From NCBI GenBank assembly GCA_002773615.1, contig PFAP01000011.1:8307-72306 (forward strand): a DNA stretch of 64,000 nucleotides, given 5' to 3'. This stretch comes from Candidatus Falkowbacteria bacterium CG10_big_fil_rev_8_21_14_0_10_39_11 (lineage in GTDB: Bacteria > Patescibacteriota > Patescibacteriia > UBA11705). Position numbers and translations under genes: made by a program. Shown here one piece after another: positions 27,001 through 35,696 of this stretch (within the stretch, counting starts at the first letter, position 1; each line of letters opens with the position of its first letter). Below the pieces are notes generated by a model, which was not told the origin of the DNA, ran no database searches, and worked only from the letters and a program-made list of their open reading frames with translations.

Positions 27001-29080
27001 CCAAATCTGGAATGGTTACTTGAATACTGGTATTTGACCAATTATTAGCACAAGAAGTTAAAGCCGGAGTCCGAACGTTATCTCGAATAAATGTCACCGT
27101 ACCACTAGCACCAAAATTACTACCCTTAATCGTAATAATTTGTCCCTTAGGCGCAGTTTGCGGCAAAACTGACTGAATCACAATCGAACTATCACTTTCC
27201 CCGACCACAAAATTCACTGGATTGCTATAAAAATCATCCCGACCAACTTGAACGGTTTTGTTTCCTGACGATATAAACGGCACTTGAACTTCACGTATCA
27301 CATCATCTGACCATATTCCAGTCAGCAATGCATCACCATTAAAGTAAATACTACCATCTGCTCCAAAATGTCTTCCAGTCAAAAGAAGACGATCTCCGGG
27401 AGCTCCATTATTTTCTCGAGTTTCTTCATTCACCACCGAACACAAAGCGATTCTATTATTTCCACTTTCAGTAATCACCAAATCATTCTTCCAACCGGGT
27501 GCATTTGGATCAGCCGTATTGTGCCAATTACCTCTATTATTAAAAATTTGTATTGGACCAGTAGCAACATTTGGTACAGACACCACCACCTGTCGATCAC
27601 TCCAACTATCACGACCACAAACCGGAGCCGCTTCAACCCCATTGATTAAAACTTTTGCTTCTTGAGCAAAAACCCCAAAGTTTTTTCCATAAATAGTGAT
27701 AAAACCACTCGTCGGTGATTCAGCCGGCACTACATTGGTAATCAAAGGATATGGCCACAACGAACAGACAGACGAACACTGCTCAACTCCATCAACCGTT
27801 GAACAGTTACTCGGAGTACAAGTATAAGTACAATCATCCCCCGTACATTCAGAACAATTATCAACCTCACACTCAGGCAAAGAACAATCAAACTCACCAC
27901 CATCATTAAAACAACTATTGGAAGCCACCAAATATCGTCCAGCTGCGGTTGATTCATTATTACTAACATCACTCACCTTCACGGTTCCAGTGTGCCAACC
28001 CAAATCAAAACCGATAGTGGATGCATTCAAAACTGAACTATATGATAATGGATTTTCATCTTCAAAAACCACCTGCTGACACAAAACCCCTTGTCCGGTT
28101 TGAGCTGTCGGACAAAGTTGCAAGCTAGCCAAACCACTGGCGTCGGCCGCTGTTATCGGAAAATCCTCTTGGGCTCCAACTCGAACTTGCTGTGGGCTGG
28201 GAATAACCGATACTGTTGGCGCCAACAAATCACAACTATTTGTAGTCGTAAATTCTACTTGTCGACAATAACCCTGCAACCTATTTGGACATGCCACCAC
28301 ACTACCATTTTGATCTTGTAATTCTAATACTTTAATTCGATATGTTTTTTCTCCCTGAAAACAACTTGTCGCTTCACATCCAACTGGACATTCACCATTT
28401 GAAACAAAAGTCACCTTTCTATCACTTAAATCATAAGAACCCACCACCTCAACTTCTGACTCTACGTCACCGTCTTTTACAACCTCATACACTTTAATGT
28501 TATCTTTGGCATTTTGATATTCATTAGTCGGTAATGGCGTTCGACCATTCGGGAACGTAACCTGGACCACTGCATTAACCGGAGTATTAGCTCCACGAGG
28601 AGCAATACCAACGGAAAACCCTGTCACACCACCACCGCCACCGCCACCATCACCACCACCACCACCGCCACCCTCGGTGGTTGAAACCACTCCAGTCGCT
28701 TCACTAAGTCGATTAATTACATAACTGGTAATAGAAAATGCTGACATAATAATCACCATGCCAATAATACCATTGATAATCCATTTTTTAGCCTTCTCAA
28801 CTGACGTTTCAGCTCCACCACTAGTCATGTACAAAAATCCACCGTACAACACAATAGCCAAAGAAACCACTCCTAAAAATCCCAAAAATATTCTCAAAAT
28901 TCTACCGATAATTATTCTCGGATCCTCATTACCCAAAACGGTCGCCGACCCAACAGCCTCAAGCCCCACCCCAACATCATTTGACTGTTGAGCATGCAAT
29001 AATTCTGGAAGGACAAAAAGACCACCCATCACAATGAAGAGCACAATCAACACTCCAATTATTTTATTTTTATGTTTCAT
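21014..29080 (-). CDS. Giant (2688 aa) cell-surface protein: N-terminal T4SS-pilin-like (VirB2/TrbC-like) membrane domain, Gly-rich linker, IPT/TIG-like repeats, multiple Myxococcus-type Cys-rich repeats
   Basis: N-terminus LGNEDPRIIIGRILRIFLGFLGVVSLAIVLYGGFLYMTSGGAETSVEKAKKWIINGIIGMVIIMSAFSITSYVINRL; GGGGGGGDGGGGGGG linker. IPT/TIG-like strands (ITIKGSNFGASGTVTF, ITIQGVGFGNTPGKVKF). CGNGxxExGEECDxG repeats (CGNGVIESDAGEQCE, CGNGQVENGEECE, CGNKIVDPGEDCDDGNGNNQDGCSKQC). Confidence 0.7.
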   Translation of the reverse strand: MKHKNKIIGVLIVLFIVMGGLFVLPELLHAQQSNDVGVGLEAVGSATVLGNEDPRIIIGRILRIFLGFLGVVSLAIVLYGGFLYMTSGGAETSVEKAKKWIINGIIGMVIIMSAFSITSYVINRLSEATGVVSTTEGGGGGGGDGGGGGGGVTGFSVGIAPRGANTPVNAVVQVTFPNGRTPLPTNEYQNAKDNIKVYEVVKDGDVESEVEVVGSYDLSDRKVTFVSNGECPVGCEATSCFQGEKTYRIKVLELQDQNGSVVACPNRLQGYCRQVEFTTTNSCDLLAPTVSVIPSPQQVRVGAQEDFPITAADASGLASLQLCPTAQTGQGVLCQQVVFEDENPLSYSSVLNASTIGFDLGWHTGTVKVSDVSNNESTAAGRYLVASNSCFNDGGEFDCSLPECEVDNCSECTGDDCTYTCTPSNCSTVDGVEQCSSVCSLWPYPLITNVVPAESPTSGFITIYGKNFGVFAQEAKVLINGVEAAPVCGRDSWSDRQVVVSVPNVATGPIQIFNNRGNWHNTADPNAPGWKNDLVITESGNNRIALCSVVNEETRENNGAPGDRLLLTGRHFGADGSIYFNGDALLTGIWSDDVIREVQVPFISSGNKTVQVGRDDFYSNPVNFVVGESDSSIVIQSVLPQTAPKGQIITIKGSNFGASGTVTFIRDNVRTPALTSCANNWSNTSIQVTIPDLVTGSYDLEIANSEGSVSVPYSVDNNLALTPGICSITPDNGPPGTSITIQGVGFGNTPGKVKFASAAPGVPSIVEGFNLQSAEWTSTQISGVSVPPDARSGELVIEQGGIDSNPVQFNVGRCTVDSCGSGEVCCQNSYCSAAELCEAQATTCEYGWYFSTGNIPKIPKVINRECSLGGFDESPSPRNNTQTACPNGLASFTFNMEMDSESFIDGDRVEIRRCSESGSECNLQLCDSSNCLTTDYNFVATGRDASGRILLNEVLTSTYDNNVVTQVNLLNYDLVPNTWYRVIVKAGVRNAPDPGDDVQELLNDYVWNFKTAATDCTIDSVVVNPSEGVLNSVVDQEKYMVSGQANNCGIIDVSDENWNWLVARYGDRINRLFVSGSRKDTAYFVVNPDAEVIETPPGDDGEIQVSGLVGAQSFQDEARLSISLADPKVIDYWPDCEGACVNAELGAMFNSYIPADYLKNNPGSVGLYECESRDCLSIAGKENKLANFQPGEIDCDSTTGVSMVADYGEVCNRLRIYPNPVLDPAKYYRLVIRGDVTNVSAKELTSLNFNTRSQIGTCGNGVIESDAGEQCEAICLNEKTNETCISGEDNCVCSLANNKFCSNDCRLVGFTACKDGVTGCCGDGNLDTYLGSAQLQEQCEVESCSKAGKVDFVGSVGVSALEVCNDYFNDNKNKPNILSSSCQCGEPRECDSPQCASYCLEDVTQKCTADSLDCTCVEPKVCQENTTEYCTDNNAGCDCQPQRSCEEDPQKSCTESGPDCTCRESGKFQFVPDVTCFDADPDKGECIKLTYCAGTETQCKESAPACTCVPLASTGAECPSEKDLVCKDVCSLVERQSCEYGDDGCSCTFPDNCQSCVLTDRNVNSASTFDSFSFVFKTREDGGFCRPDRVTVSPGEYLSTVAGEQILYSAVPYSEPDLCSSGGQRLSARQYDWDWEETTGEVQYYTDVNSQNFVGVDARAERDNKLIAMLKTLYSPQRAVSCTSNCLSEGSVRYQAVCGNNVVESGEECDGGAACTDQCLRAGTEICFAGNEIACCGNKIVDPGEDCDDGNGNNQDGCSKQCLNEGSNSAGFECGNGKVELGEDDDFGSAAINRQFGLDNNCLYKGSSEYIGSICGNGQVENGEECEPVAVNCRVPVRAADGSLQRNSDGNISFASCQPGDQNCVCQSYEDQFCSNKCVLKNFDGCNEDNQENCCGNGQLETYNNYTEECEAVCTDNEGQVCEFGTDSCVCRIPDWCTNGCLNGGSNVANAAFCANGQVEPGEDPVCELDQSGGGFESYGAPYSLVTVLGYLPDGATRQTVNIRGTLENTVSYLEESGDVGESLSEDSLLTYVYSGLGGPPPPSCDPNNPARAELISPSLIDMTSEDGSQTCPNAVIVVQYDLLMEQLHEPGVNLNQLIELRYQADSCGSAPVQVGMKIWNYLNKLFGRDARAAEWCLEESDNYSITSRVLDVGGRNVSQIEITTNDVLKVAHYEIRLKNIENNCQLLIPDQNFRFNVGSDYCHFDSVGISPAMKQVSERDEVWEVAHLAKSGNTIIQPFAGRYDWDWSSWESGDRDIVDITELPGSWDAAMANNKNGNTEISAEAAIIDDDYFGEIGATLVGSGQVSAYVCENPWRVPADSASIGWDDGNDGRNIHLRYCRDNGQVNNKMDDLPLLRVVESQLGADVDTLQKQYLMIRSDDIVNEVNTNDFVDDVISLRIYDNPDNLSVREWYKNQVPQAGQSSSDLNVYCGLDTKFGQEVCYKGIKDGNTVYISAGNLTGGEMRNYIFVLGYNLGANSRTIDMFAQMIDSMMFNINVTDSDVQFAIRRDIQRINDITDIKRSLQAYYDRYTTLPTVESGSYIRNVASSTWPSWQSTLANDLGTRLPVDPINKIARYEPSSNSSFTGEACGDNGKKCLIPAHQCFEDNGNQLCSVCARGSDPNTCYNSDSLIVDIQIPTSSPIDLYSYLYDYLNRDFKRSRISYRTEAETFNYYSIRNKPSTDFEIQ

Positions 29081-29114
29081 TTTTATATTTTAACTCAACT
29101 CTTGAGACTATAAT

Positions 29115-31223
29115 CTAATAAGGACACATTGCTCCTGTTTGAACCTGCATACCACCAACTCCAGCATCATCTACCGTACCACAACAAGCTCGACCAGGCA
29201 CCAATGGATCACAAGCCGGTCCCTTACAAGGATTAAAGCAATTCCCCTGCATATCCTGGACTCCTGAAGTAATTTTAGGAAAGAAAAATGGCACATCAAG
29301 CGGATTTTTTGCCAACGAAAATGGTCCATGATTTATCATCACTTTTCTATCATTTGTCAAACAAAACTTCGAACCATCAGGTGATGTTCCTGGGTCACAA
29401 AACAAACTACCCGTGTACCAACCACTCCACATATCCGAGACTATTATCATATTAGAATTCGTTGTAGTTGCTGGATCTATCGCTTCACTATAAGTCGCCG
29501 ACACCACACTATCCGGCCTCACACCATCACTTTTATCAGCTGCATTCGCTGGTGTGACGGCTGTAATATTTGGCGGAATCAAATCCAATTGAGCTGAAGT
29601 CAAAAACGTCCAATCAAAACTATCGATTGCCTGAGTTTCTGTTTGCCCATTTCCGCGACCAATACGTCCGTTGGTATCCAAACCATTCAAAGCTGAATCC
29701 ACAATACCACCAACCGGGAATCGAACTGAAGTTGGACCAGCCGGTCCGTTTGGATTGGCCGCATCATAATTCACCAAGTTACTTTTTGGCACAGACCGCA
29801 CCAAGGTTTTTATCTTGCTATTCGCTGGCAAACAAGTAACAATATCACCACAAGAATTAAACAAATCAGCTCCGGTACCACAGTTACCATTGGCCTTGAA
29901 GATTAATGATCTATACTGGTTTATTCCAGCCACCACATCACCCATGATTACCGAGCCATCAGCATCATTAGTCACCAAGAACTCGGCATTACCATAATCA
30001 CCAGAATTAGTTGATATCATTTTCAAAAATATCGGTGGAATCACCGCCTCACTAAAATCAACTCGAATACGACTATTTCTCCAATGAGTTTCAGCATTAG
30101 CCGCCCCCACCTCGAATTCAACTGGTTGCCCACTCGAATCAAGCGTCACCGGATAAACACCAGTCACAAATGGCGGAGTAGTATCGATCACCGTATTTGT
30201 AGTAAAATACCAGGGATACTTCGGAGATTGTTGGCCGGTAAATACACCTGTATTTGTTTGATACTTTCTAATATTATTTGTTAACAATGAAAAATAAGTC
30301 ACATCTTCAGCAATTCCGCCCAAATGTTCTGTAGTACTATTCCCATATGGATTAACTACAATGGTTTTGAAATCAGGCGTGATATATACCTCTCCAGGAA
30401 CAAAATCAAACGGGGCAGCAGGCTCATCACCTCGCCATTCATTACAAACAGATTTATTACCCCTTTGAGCTGGATCATAACTCTGCGGAGTCACCACACC
30501 TTCAGGATAAATAGATTCACAAGCTTCATATATTTTGATCGATTCAGTATCCAAATCTCCAGTACATAAACAATCACTATCCGGTTTTACATCCGAACAA
30601 TCACCGCCAGCCGCATCTTGACAAATAAAGTTACCATTAGCCGCGATCACGCTTGACGGAACAATCGGTTCTTTAAAAGTCACCATAATCACAGTATTCC
30701 GTGGGACAGTCGAAGCAATGGCCGGATAATGGTCCTGAATTACTCGACCCAAAATACCAGAACTCAAACCTGGTGAAGTATATTCAGACTGAGAACCTCC
30801 ACCCGTTCCGCCACCAATAATAGCTTGTAATCGACTGATAATAAAACTGGTAATGGCAAAAGCTGACATCATAATCACCAAACCAATCGTAGCGTTGATA
30901 ATTGTTTTTTTTGCTTTAGTCGTCTTTGATTCATCACCACCGCTGGTCATGTACAAAAATCCAGCGTAAATCATTAGCGAGACAAAAATCGCACCAACAA
31001 ACCCAAAGAATATCCGGATTATTCTGGCAATAATAATTCTAGGGTCTTCATTTCCCAAGCCAGTAGCACCGCCGACAGCGTCAGTACCGTTAATTACTCC
31101 CGGAGCTTGCGCCGCAACCTGAAAAACACTCAGCAGCAAAATCGCAGTTAGTATAAAGGCAAAAAAAATCGATAAATAAGCTACTCGATTTGTTCGTTTT
31201 ATATATTTAAAATTCAAAAACAT
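29115..31223 (-). CDS. 702-aa surface protein with the same N-terminal T4SS-pilin-like domain followed by a Gly-rich linker and a large extracellular region
   Basis: LGNEDPRIIIARIIRIFFGFVGAIFVSLMIYAGFLYMTSGGDESKTTKAKKTIINATIGLVIMMSAFAITSFIISRL aligns motif-for-motif with the giant protein N-terminus. Confidence 0.65.
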   Translation of the reverse strand: MFLNFKYIKRTNRVAYLSIFFAFILTAILLLSVFQVAAQAPGVINGTDAVGGATGLGNEDPRIIIARIIRIFFGFVGAIFVSLMIYAGFLYMTSGGDESKTTKAKKTIINATIGLVIMMSAFAITSFIISRLQAIIGGGTGGGSQSEYTSPGLSSGILGRVIQDHYPAIASTVPRNTVIMVTFKEPIVPSSVIAANGNFICQDAAGGDCSDVKPDSDCLCTGDLDTESIKIYEACESIYPEGVVTPQSYDPAQRGNKSVCNEWRGDEPAAPFDFVPGEVYITPDFKTIVVNPYGNSTTEHLGGIAEDVTYFSLLTNNIRKYQTNTGVFTGQQSPKYPWYFTTNTVIDTTPPFVTGVYPVTLDSSGQPVEFEVGAANAETHWRNSRIRVDFSEAVIPPIFLKMISTNSGDYGNAEFLVTNDADGSVIMGDVVAGINQYRSLIFKANGNCGTGADLFNSCGDIVTCLPANSKIKTLVRSVPKSNLVNYDAANPNGPAGPTSVRFPVGGIVDSALNGLDTNGRIGRGNGQTETQAIDSFDWTFLTSAQLDLIPPNITAVTPANAADKSDGVRPDSVVSATYSEAIDPATTTNSNMIIVSDMWSGWYTGSLFCDPGTSPDGSKFCLTNDRKVMINHGPFSLAKNPLDVPFFFPKITSGVQDMQGNCFNPCKGPACDPLVPGRACCGTVDDAGVGGMQVQTGAMCPY

Positions 31224-31237
31224 AATTTTTTATTTTA

Positions 31238-31687
31238 CTAAATCAACTTTTTTACTGCCACCTGTATTACCTGACCATCAGCTTGACCACTCATTTCCTT
31301 CATTACTCGCCCCATCACTTGACCAAAATTCCCCTTCTCATCTTCAGCCAAAGAATCAACAATCTCCCGCACCTTTACCTCAACCTGTTCTACTGACAAC
31401 TGTGCTGGCACAAAATTTTCCAGCACTACATTTTCGTATTCATCAATTTCTCTTAAATCATCTCGACCAGCTTGGGTATAACTCTCGATGGCTTCACGTC
31501 GTTTTTTTATTTCAGATCTAATCACAGATACAATCTCTTGTTCATTCAAAGACTGGCCCAGATCAATTTCTTTGTTTTTCAAACTTGATCTCAACCCTCT
31601 CAACACATTCAATTTTGATTTATTTTTTTCTTTTAAAGCCTTTATAAAATCAGCTTCAATTCTTTCTTGAAGTTTCATATATTTCAA
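31238..31687 (-). CDS. GatB/YqeY-domain protein
   Basis: 149 aa; ADFIKALKEKNK ... VSVIRSEIKKRREAIE ... GNFGQVMGRVMKEMSGQADGQ is typical of the YqeY family. Confidence 0.75.
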   Translation of the reverse strand: MKYMKLQERIEADFIKALKEKNKSKLNVLRGLRSSLKNKEIDLGQSLNEQEIVSVIRSEIKKRREAIESYTQAGRDDLREIDEYENVVLENFVPAQLSVEQVEVKVREIVDSLAEDEKGNFGQVMGRVMKEMSGQADGQVIQVAVKKLI

Positions 31688-31806
31688 TTAAATTATAACA
31701 TTTTATTTCCTTACCAACAAATGTATTTGTTGATTATTTACACACAGACAAGGCTTTTTCCAGCACAACAAAAAAACCACCCCCAGTGAGGATGGTTTTC
31801 TTATTA

Positions 31807-32049
31807 TTATCGTCGATACTTTTTTCTTTCATCTTCTTTCAATCGGCCTGATTTTTTCAAATATTCCAATCTATCCTTGGTCTTCATTCCATACAATTTT
31901 GAAGCCTTGATCATATTTCGACTTCGATCTGATACATGAAATCGAATTTTTTTAAACTGTAATATTTTACCGCTCTGAATCAATCGTTTGTTAAAGCGTC
32001 GTACAAACGATTCAAAAGTTTCGCCTTTTTTACGTTTTGCTTCTACCAT
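31807..32049 (-). CDS. rpsU: 30S ribosomal protein S21
   Basis: ETFESFVRRFNKRLIQSGKILQFKKIRFHVSDRSRNMIKAS parallels the bS21 pattern ([32 protein letters not shown]). Confidence 0.75.
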   Translation of the reverse strand: MVEAKRKKGETFESFVRRFNKRLIQSGKILQFKKIRFHVSDRSRNMIKASKLYGMKTKDRLEYLKKSGRLKEDERKKYRR

Positions 32050-32082
32050 ATATTGGTTTCCACATCCTTTCTATATAATTTA

Positions 32083-33399
32083 TCATTTCTTATAAATAAT
32101 TTTTTTCACTTCACCAATTACTTTTTTGATATTAACCACTTCTTGAATGCCACTTTCAACATCTCGCATCAAGATAGTACCATCGATTGTTTCCTTTTGG
32201 CCCAATATCAAAATCACTTTTGCTCCCATCTTTGTTGCCGTATCAAGCTGACTCTTTAAACCATCTTTGGAAAAATTTGCCACCACCCGGAAATCTTCCT
32301 TTCGCAATTCTTCCACAAACTCCATGGCTCTTCGCTTTGCTTGCTCACTGAGTTGCGCCAGATACACGTGAGGACTTTTCATTCTAGGGATTTCGACCTT
32401 CTTACTCTTAATCTCAGAGATTACCTTTTCCACCAACAACGAGATTGTACAAGCGGGCATTTCCGGACCACCAAGCATCTCTGACAAATAATTGATTCTA
32501 CCACCGGTAGCCAAAAGGACATCATCACCATCCTCTGTTCGGTTATAAATAGAATAAATCGTTCCATTATAATATCCAAATTCATGAACCATTGAATTAT
32601 CCATTTCATACTCAACCTTAACTTCATCCATTGCTTCCAAAAATTTAAATAAATGACTATGCTCTGACTCAGACAAATAATCAACAATTTGCGGCGCATC
32701 CTCTATCTGCTTGGTACACTTCTGATTTGCACACGCCAAAAATTTAAACGGATCACGAGTTGCCTGTCCACGACATTCAGTACAAATCGCTGAACGCTTA
32801 CTTTTAATATATCCTGTTAAAGCTTTAGCATATTCTATTCTACCGGTCAAGCCCCCAAGGCTATTGACTCGAACATACGGATTAAGCCCCAAAGCTACAA
32901 ATGTTTGATAAAGCATCACCACCAATTCCACATCAGCGGCTGGAGACTCTACGCCATACACATGATAACCCATTTGATACATTTGTCGATGCTTGCTTTC
33001 ATAAAAATTACCCTGGGTTAATATAGAACCACCAAACCAAAGCTTTATTGGAATCGTATTATTATACAAACTATGACTAATAAAAGACCTAGTGACCGCT
33101 GGGATATAATCAGCTCGAAGCACCATTTTTTCATTTTTATCTGTAAATGAAATTAAGTCTTTTTTCACAAAATCACTATTTTTCCCGATAGTATGAGCAT
33201 ACAAGTCGTACTTTTCCATCAAGGGTGTATCGACCCATTGAAAATTAAAATCAATCGCGACACGAGTCAAACTATCAAGCAGTGTTCTCCAATATTTATT
33301 ATCAGATGGCAGAACATCCTTCATCCCCTTTATTAAAGGTGGAGTTTTTATCTTTTTTATTTGCTCTGTGGGTTCATCCACTTTTTTTCGTCTAGGCAT
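32083..33399 (-). CDS. hisS: Histidine--tRNA ligase (uses a TGA stop)
   Basis: IKGMKDVLP (HisRS GMxDxLP), RADYIPAVTRSF (motif 2), C-terminal anticodon-binding domain KVILILGQKETIDGTILMRDVESG. Confidence 0.85.
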   Translation of the reverse strand: MPRRKKVDEPTEQIKKIKTPPLIKGMKDVLPSDNKYWRTLLDSLTRVAIDFNFQWVDTPLMEKYDLYAHTIGKNSDFVKKDLISFTDKNEKMVLRADYIPAVTRSFISHSLYNNTIPIKLWFGGSILTQGNFYESKHRQMYQMGYHVYGVESPAADVELVVMLYQTFVALGLNPYVRVNSLGGLTGRIEYAKALTGYIKSKRSAICTECRGQATRDPFKFLACANQKCTKQIEDAPQIVDYLSESEHSHLFKFLEAMDEVKVEYEMDNSMVHEFGYYNGTIYSIYNRTEDGDDVLLATGGRINYLSEMLGGPEMPACTISLLVEKVISEIKSKKVEIPRMKSPHVYLAQLSEQAKRRAMEFVEELRKEDFRVVANFSKDGLKSQLDTATKMGAKVILILGQKETIDGTILMRDVESGIQEVVNIKKVIGEVKKIIYKK

Positions 33400-33421
33400 A
33401 ACCTTATTATTTTATCCAAAA

Positions 33422-34162
33422 TTAATTACCATTATTAAATTGCTCATAATCCACACCGTTAAAAATCTTAGCTCGATCAAGAGGCCAACCCCTCAACCAA
33501 ACCTTACCCACAATCAACCCGCGATTCACCGGACCAAAAATTCTCGAATCCAAACTATGTTCTCGATTGTCACCAAGTACATAATACTCCCCTTCCCCAA
33601 GCTCCCATCGTTTGTCACCTCTAGTTTTCACTCCATTATCAAGATAATCATATTCATCAAGCAAATATTTCCGATTGCCATCCTCAGCATAAATAAACAC
33701 AAATCCATCTTTCACCTCGACAGTTTCTCCTGGACGACCAATAATTCTTTTAATGAAAAATTGAGTGGGATCCTTTGGATATCTAAAAACAACAATATCA
33801 CCACGATCCGGAGCGGAAAGACGATAGGATATTTCATCAATAATCAAATATTCTTGGTCATAAAAACTGGGTTCCATTGAAGCACCTTGAACATAAAAAG
33901 GCTGAATCAAAAAGTAACGGACTGGAATTATGATAGCCAAAGCTACAGCTACAACCTTGACTAAATCCCAAAAAAAATACCAGACACGTTTTCCCATAGA
34001 AATGTTATCGTGTTGTTGACTAAAAGTGTATTTGTCGATATTTTTACTAAGCATTTCCTGAATTATACTATATAAAAAGTAAAAAATCAAGCCCCTAAGC
34101 ACTGCGATTATAACACAAAGATGATTGTCATGCAAACATCTGATATAACTTGCTAATATCAT
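33422..34162 (-). CDS. lepB: Signal peptidase I
   Basis: SPase I boxes: SMEPSF (Ser), RGDIVVF, KRIIGRPGETV (Lys), YYVLGDNREHSLDSRIFGPV. The true start is probably an internal Met just before the TM helix. Confidence 0.85.
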   Translation of the reverse strand: MILASYIRCLHDNHLCVIIAVLRGLIFYFLYSIIQEMLSKNIDKYTFSQQHDNISMGKRVWYFFWDLVKVVAVALAIIIPVRYFLIQPFYVQGASMEPSFYDQEYLIIDEISYRLSAPDRGDIVVFRYPKDPTQFFIKRIIGRPGETVEVKDGFVFIYAEDGNRKYLLDEYDYLDNGVKTRGDKRWELGEGEYYVLGDNREHSLDSRIFGPVNRGLIVGKVWLRGWPLDRAKIFNGVDYEQFNNGN

Positions 34163-34230
34163 TAATCCAGTCTATAATATCCTTAATGAAGCTGAGCCTG
34201 CAACTAACTTAGTTTTATTTTAGTTTTATT

Positions 34231-35694
34231 ATGTTCAAACCCAAGAAAAATCGCGAGAATAACAACATAAACCTGCTTAACTATTCAGACAATCAGAGCC
34301 CCAAAGGCCGACCTTTTTTCAAGGTTAGCAAGTTTATTGTATACATGTTCACTACCCTAATCATCATCTTCTTTATCTTTACCTACCAAATACTATTCAC
34401 CAACAGCAGTTTTATTAGCAATATCGGTGGTACTGGCGGTTTTTTCAAACAGCTAACCTCAATCGCTCACAGTTCAGATGACTTAAAAGGTCTTGAAGAC
34501 GATAGAATCAACATTTTACTTCTTGGCGTAGGTGGTGCTGGACATGACGGACCAAATCTAACCGATACTATCATGATTGCCAGCATCAAACCATCCACCA
34601 AAACCGTTGGTTTCATCTCTATACCACGAGATACTTTAGTTGACATTCCAGGTCAAGGCTTATGGAAAATAAACAATGCCAATCACTTTGGTGAAAAAGA
34701 AAAAACCGGTCATGGTCCGGAATTAACCAGTCAAGTGGTCTCCAATATTACCGGCATTCCCATTCATTATTACATCCGAGTTGACTTTTCCGGCTTTGAA
34801 CAAATTATCGACGACCTGGGTGGCGTAAAAGTTTATGTTGACCGTAACTTTGTTGACTATCAATATCCAACCGCAAACTACAAATATCAAGTGGTTTCTT
34901 TCGAACAGGGTTTTCAAACTATGGACGGTGACACCGCTCTCAAGTTTGCTAGATCTAGACATGGAAACAATGACGAGGGCTCTGACTTTGCTCGATCCAA
35001 GCGTCAGCAAAAAATTATTTCCGCCTCCAAGGAACGAGCCTTTTCATTCCGAACCCTTTTCAACCCCAGCAAACTCAATAAAATGTTAAAAACTTTAGAT
35101 GACCACATAGCTACCAACCTTTCAATTTCAGAAATTATCGAATTATATAAACTATCAAAAAACCTAGATACGGACAATCCAATAACCCTCACTCTTGATG
35201 ATGGACCCAATGGTTTTCTTTTCTCCTCCATGGTAAACAGCGCCTACGTGCTCCAACCTCGAGGTGGCAACTACAATGCCATAAGCTCTGCGGTCAAACA
35301 TATTTTTGACCAAACTACCGTAGAAGTGCCAAAAACTCAAAATGCCAGTATCGAAATCCGTAATGGTACCACCGTCAACGGCTTAGCTTTCAGCACTTCA
35401 CAGACACTAAAGGAGCAAGGTTATCAAATCATCAAAATCGGTAATGCCCCCAGTCAGACATATCCTCAAACATTGATTTACCAACTTCAAGCAAACGCCG
35501 ATACCGAAGCACTCAACAACCTAATAACTAATCTTGACGCTGACTTTATCGAAGAAATTCCTTCTTGGATTCGCGAAGACGCAGAATTAACCACTGATTA
35601 TTATATTATTTTGGGCGATGAAGATCATATTGACACATCACCACCGGAGACCGCCCCTAAACCACTAATCACCTCATCTACAGATGACGAATAA
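34231..35694 (+). CDS. LytR/CpsA/Psr (LCP) family cell-envelope phosphotransferase with LytR_C-like tail
   Basis: ILLLGVGGAGHDGPNLTDTIMIASIKP ... ISIPRDT ... FSGFEQIID ... ARSRH motifs of the LCP catalytic domain; N-terminal TM. Confidence 0.85.
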   Translation: MFKPKKNRENNNINLLNYSDNQSPKGRPFFKVSKFIVYMFTTLIIIFFIFTYQILFTNSSFISNIGGTGGFFKQLTSIAHSSDDLKGLEDDRINILLLGVGGAGHDGPNLTDTIMIASIKPSTKTVGFISIPRDTLVDIPGQGLWKINNANHFGEKEKTGHGPELTSQVVSNITGIPIHYYIRVDFSGFEQIIDDLGGVKVYVDRNFVDYQYPTANYKYQVVSFEQGFQTMDGDTALKFARSRHGNNDEGSDFARSKRQQKIISASKERAFSFRTLFNPSKLNKMLKTLDDHIATNLSISEIIELYKLSKNLDTDNPITLTLDDGPNGFLFSSMVNSAYVLQPRGGNYNAISSAVKHIFDQTTVEVPKTQNASIEIRNGTTVNGLAFSTSQTLKEQGYQIIKIGNAPSQTYPQTLIYQLQANADTEALNNLITNLDADFIEEIPSWIREDAELTTDYYIILGDEDHIDTSPPETAPKPLITSSTDDE

Positions 35695-35696
35695 AT

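Noticed and set aside
21566-28991. Numerous plus-strand ORFs of 60-254 aa (e.g. 24128..24892) inside the giant 21014..29080 gene
   Set aside because: Antisense to an 8-kb continuous ORF with clear domain structure; low-complexity T/S/I-rich translations; no RBS or motifs. Spurious by-products of a long, compositionally biased gene.
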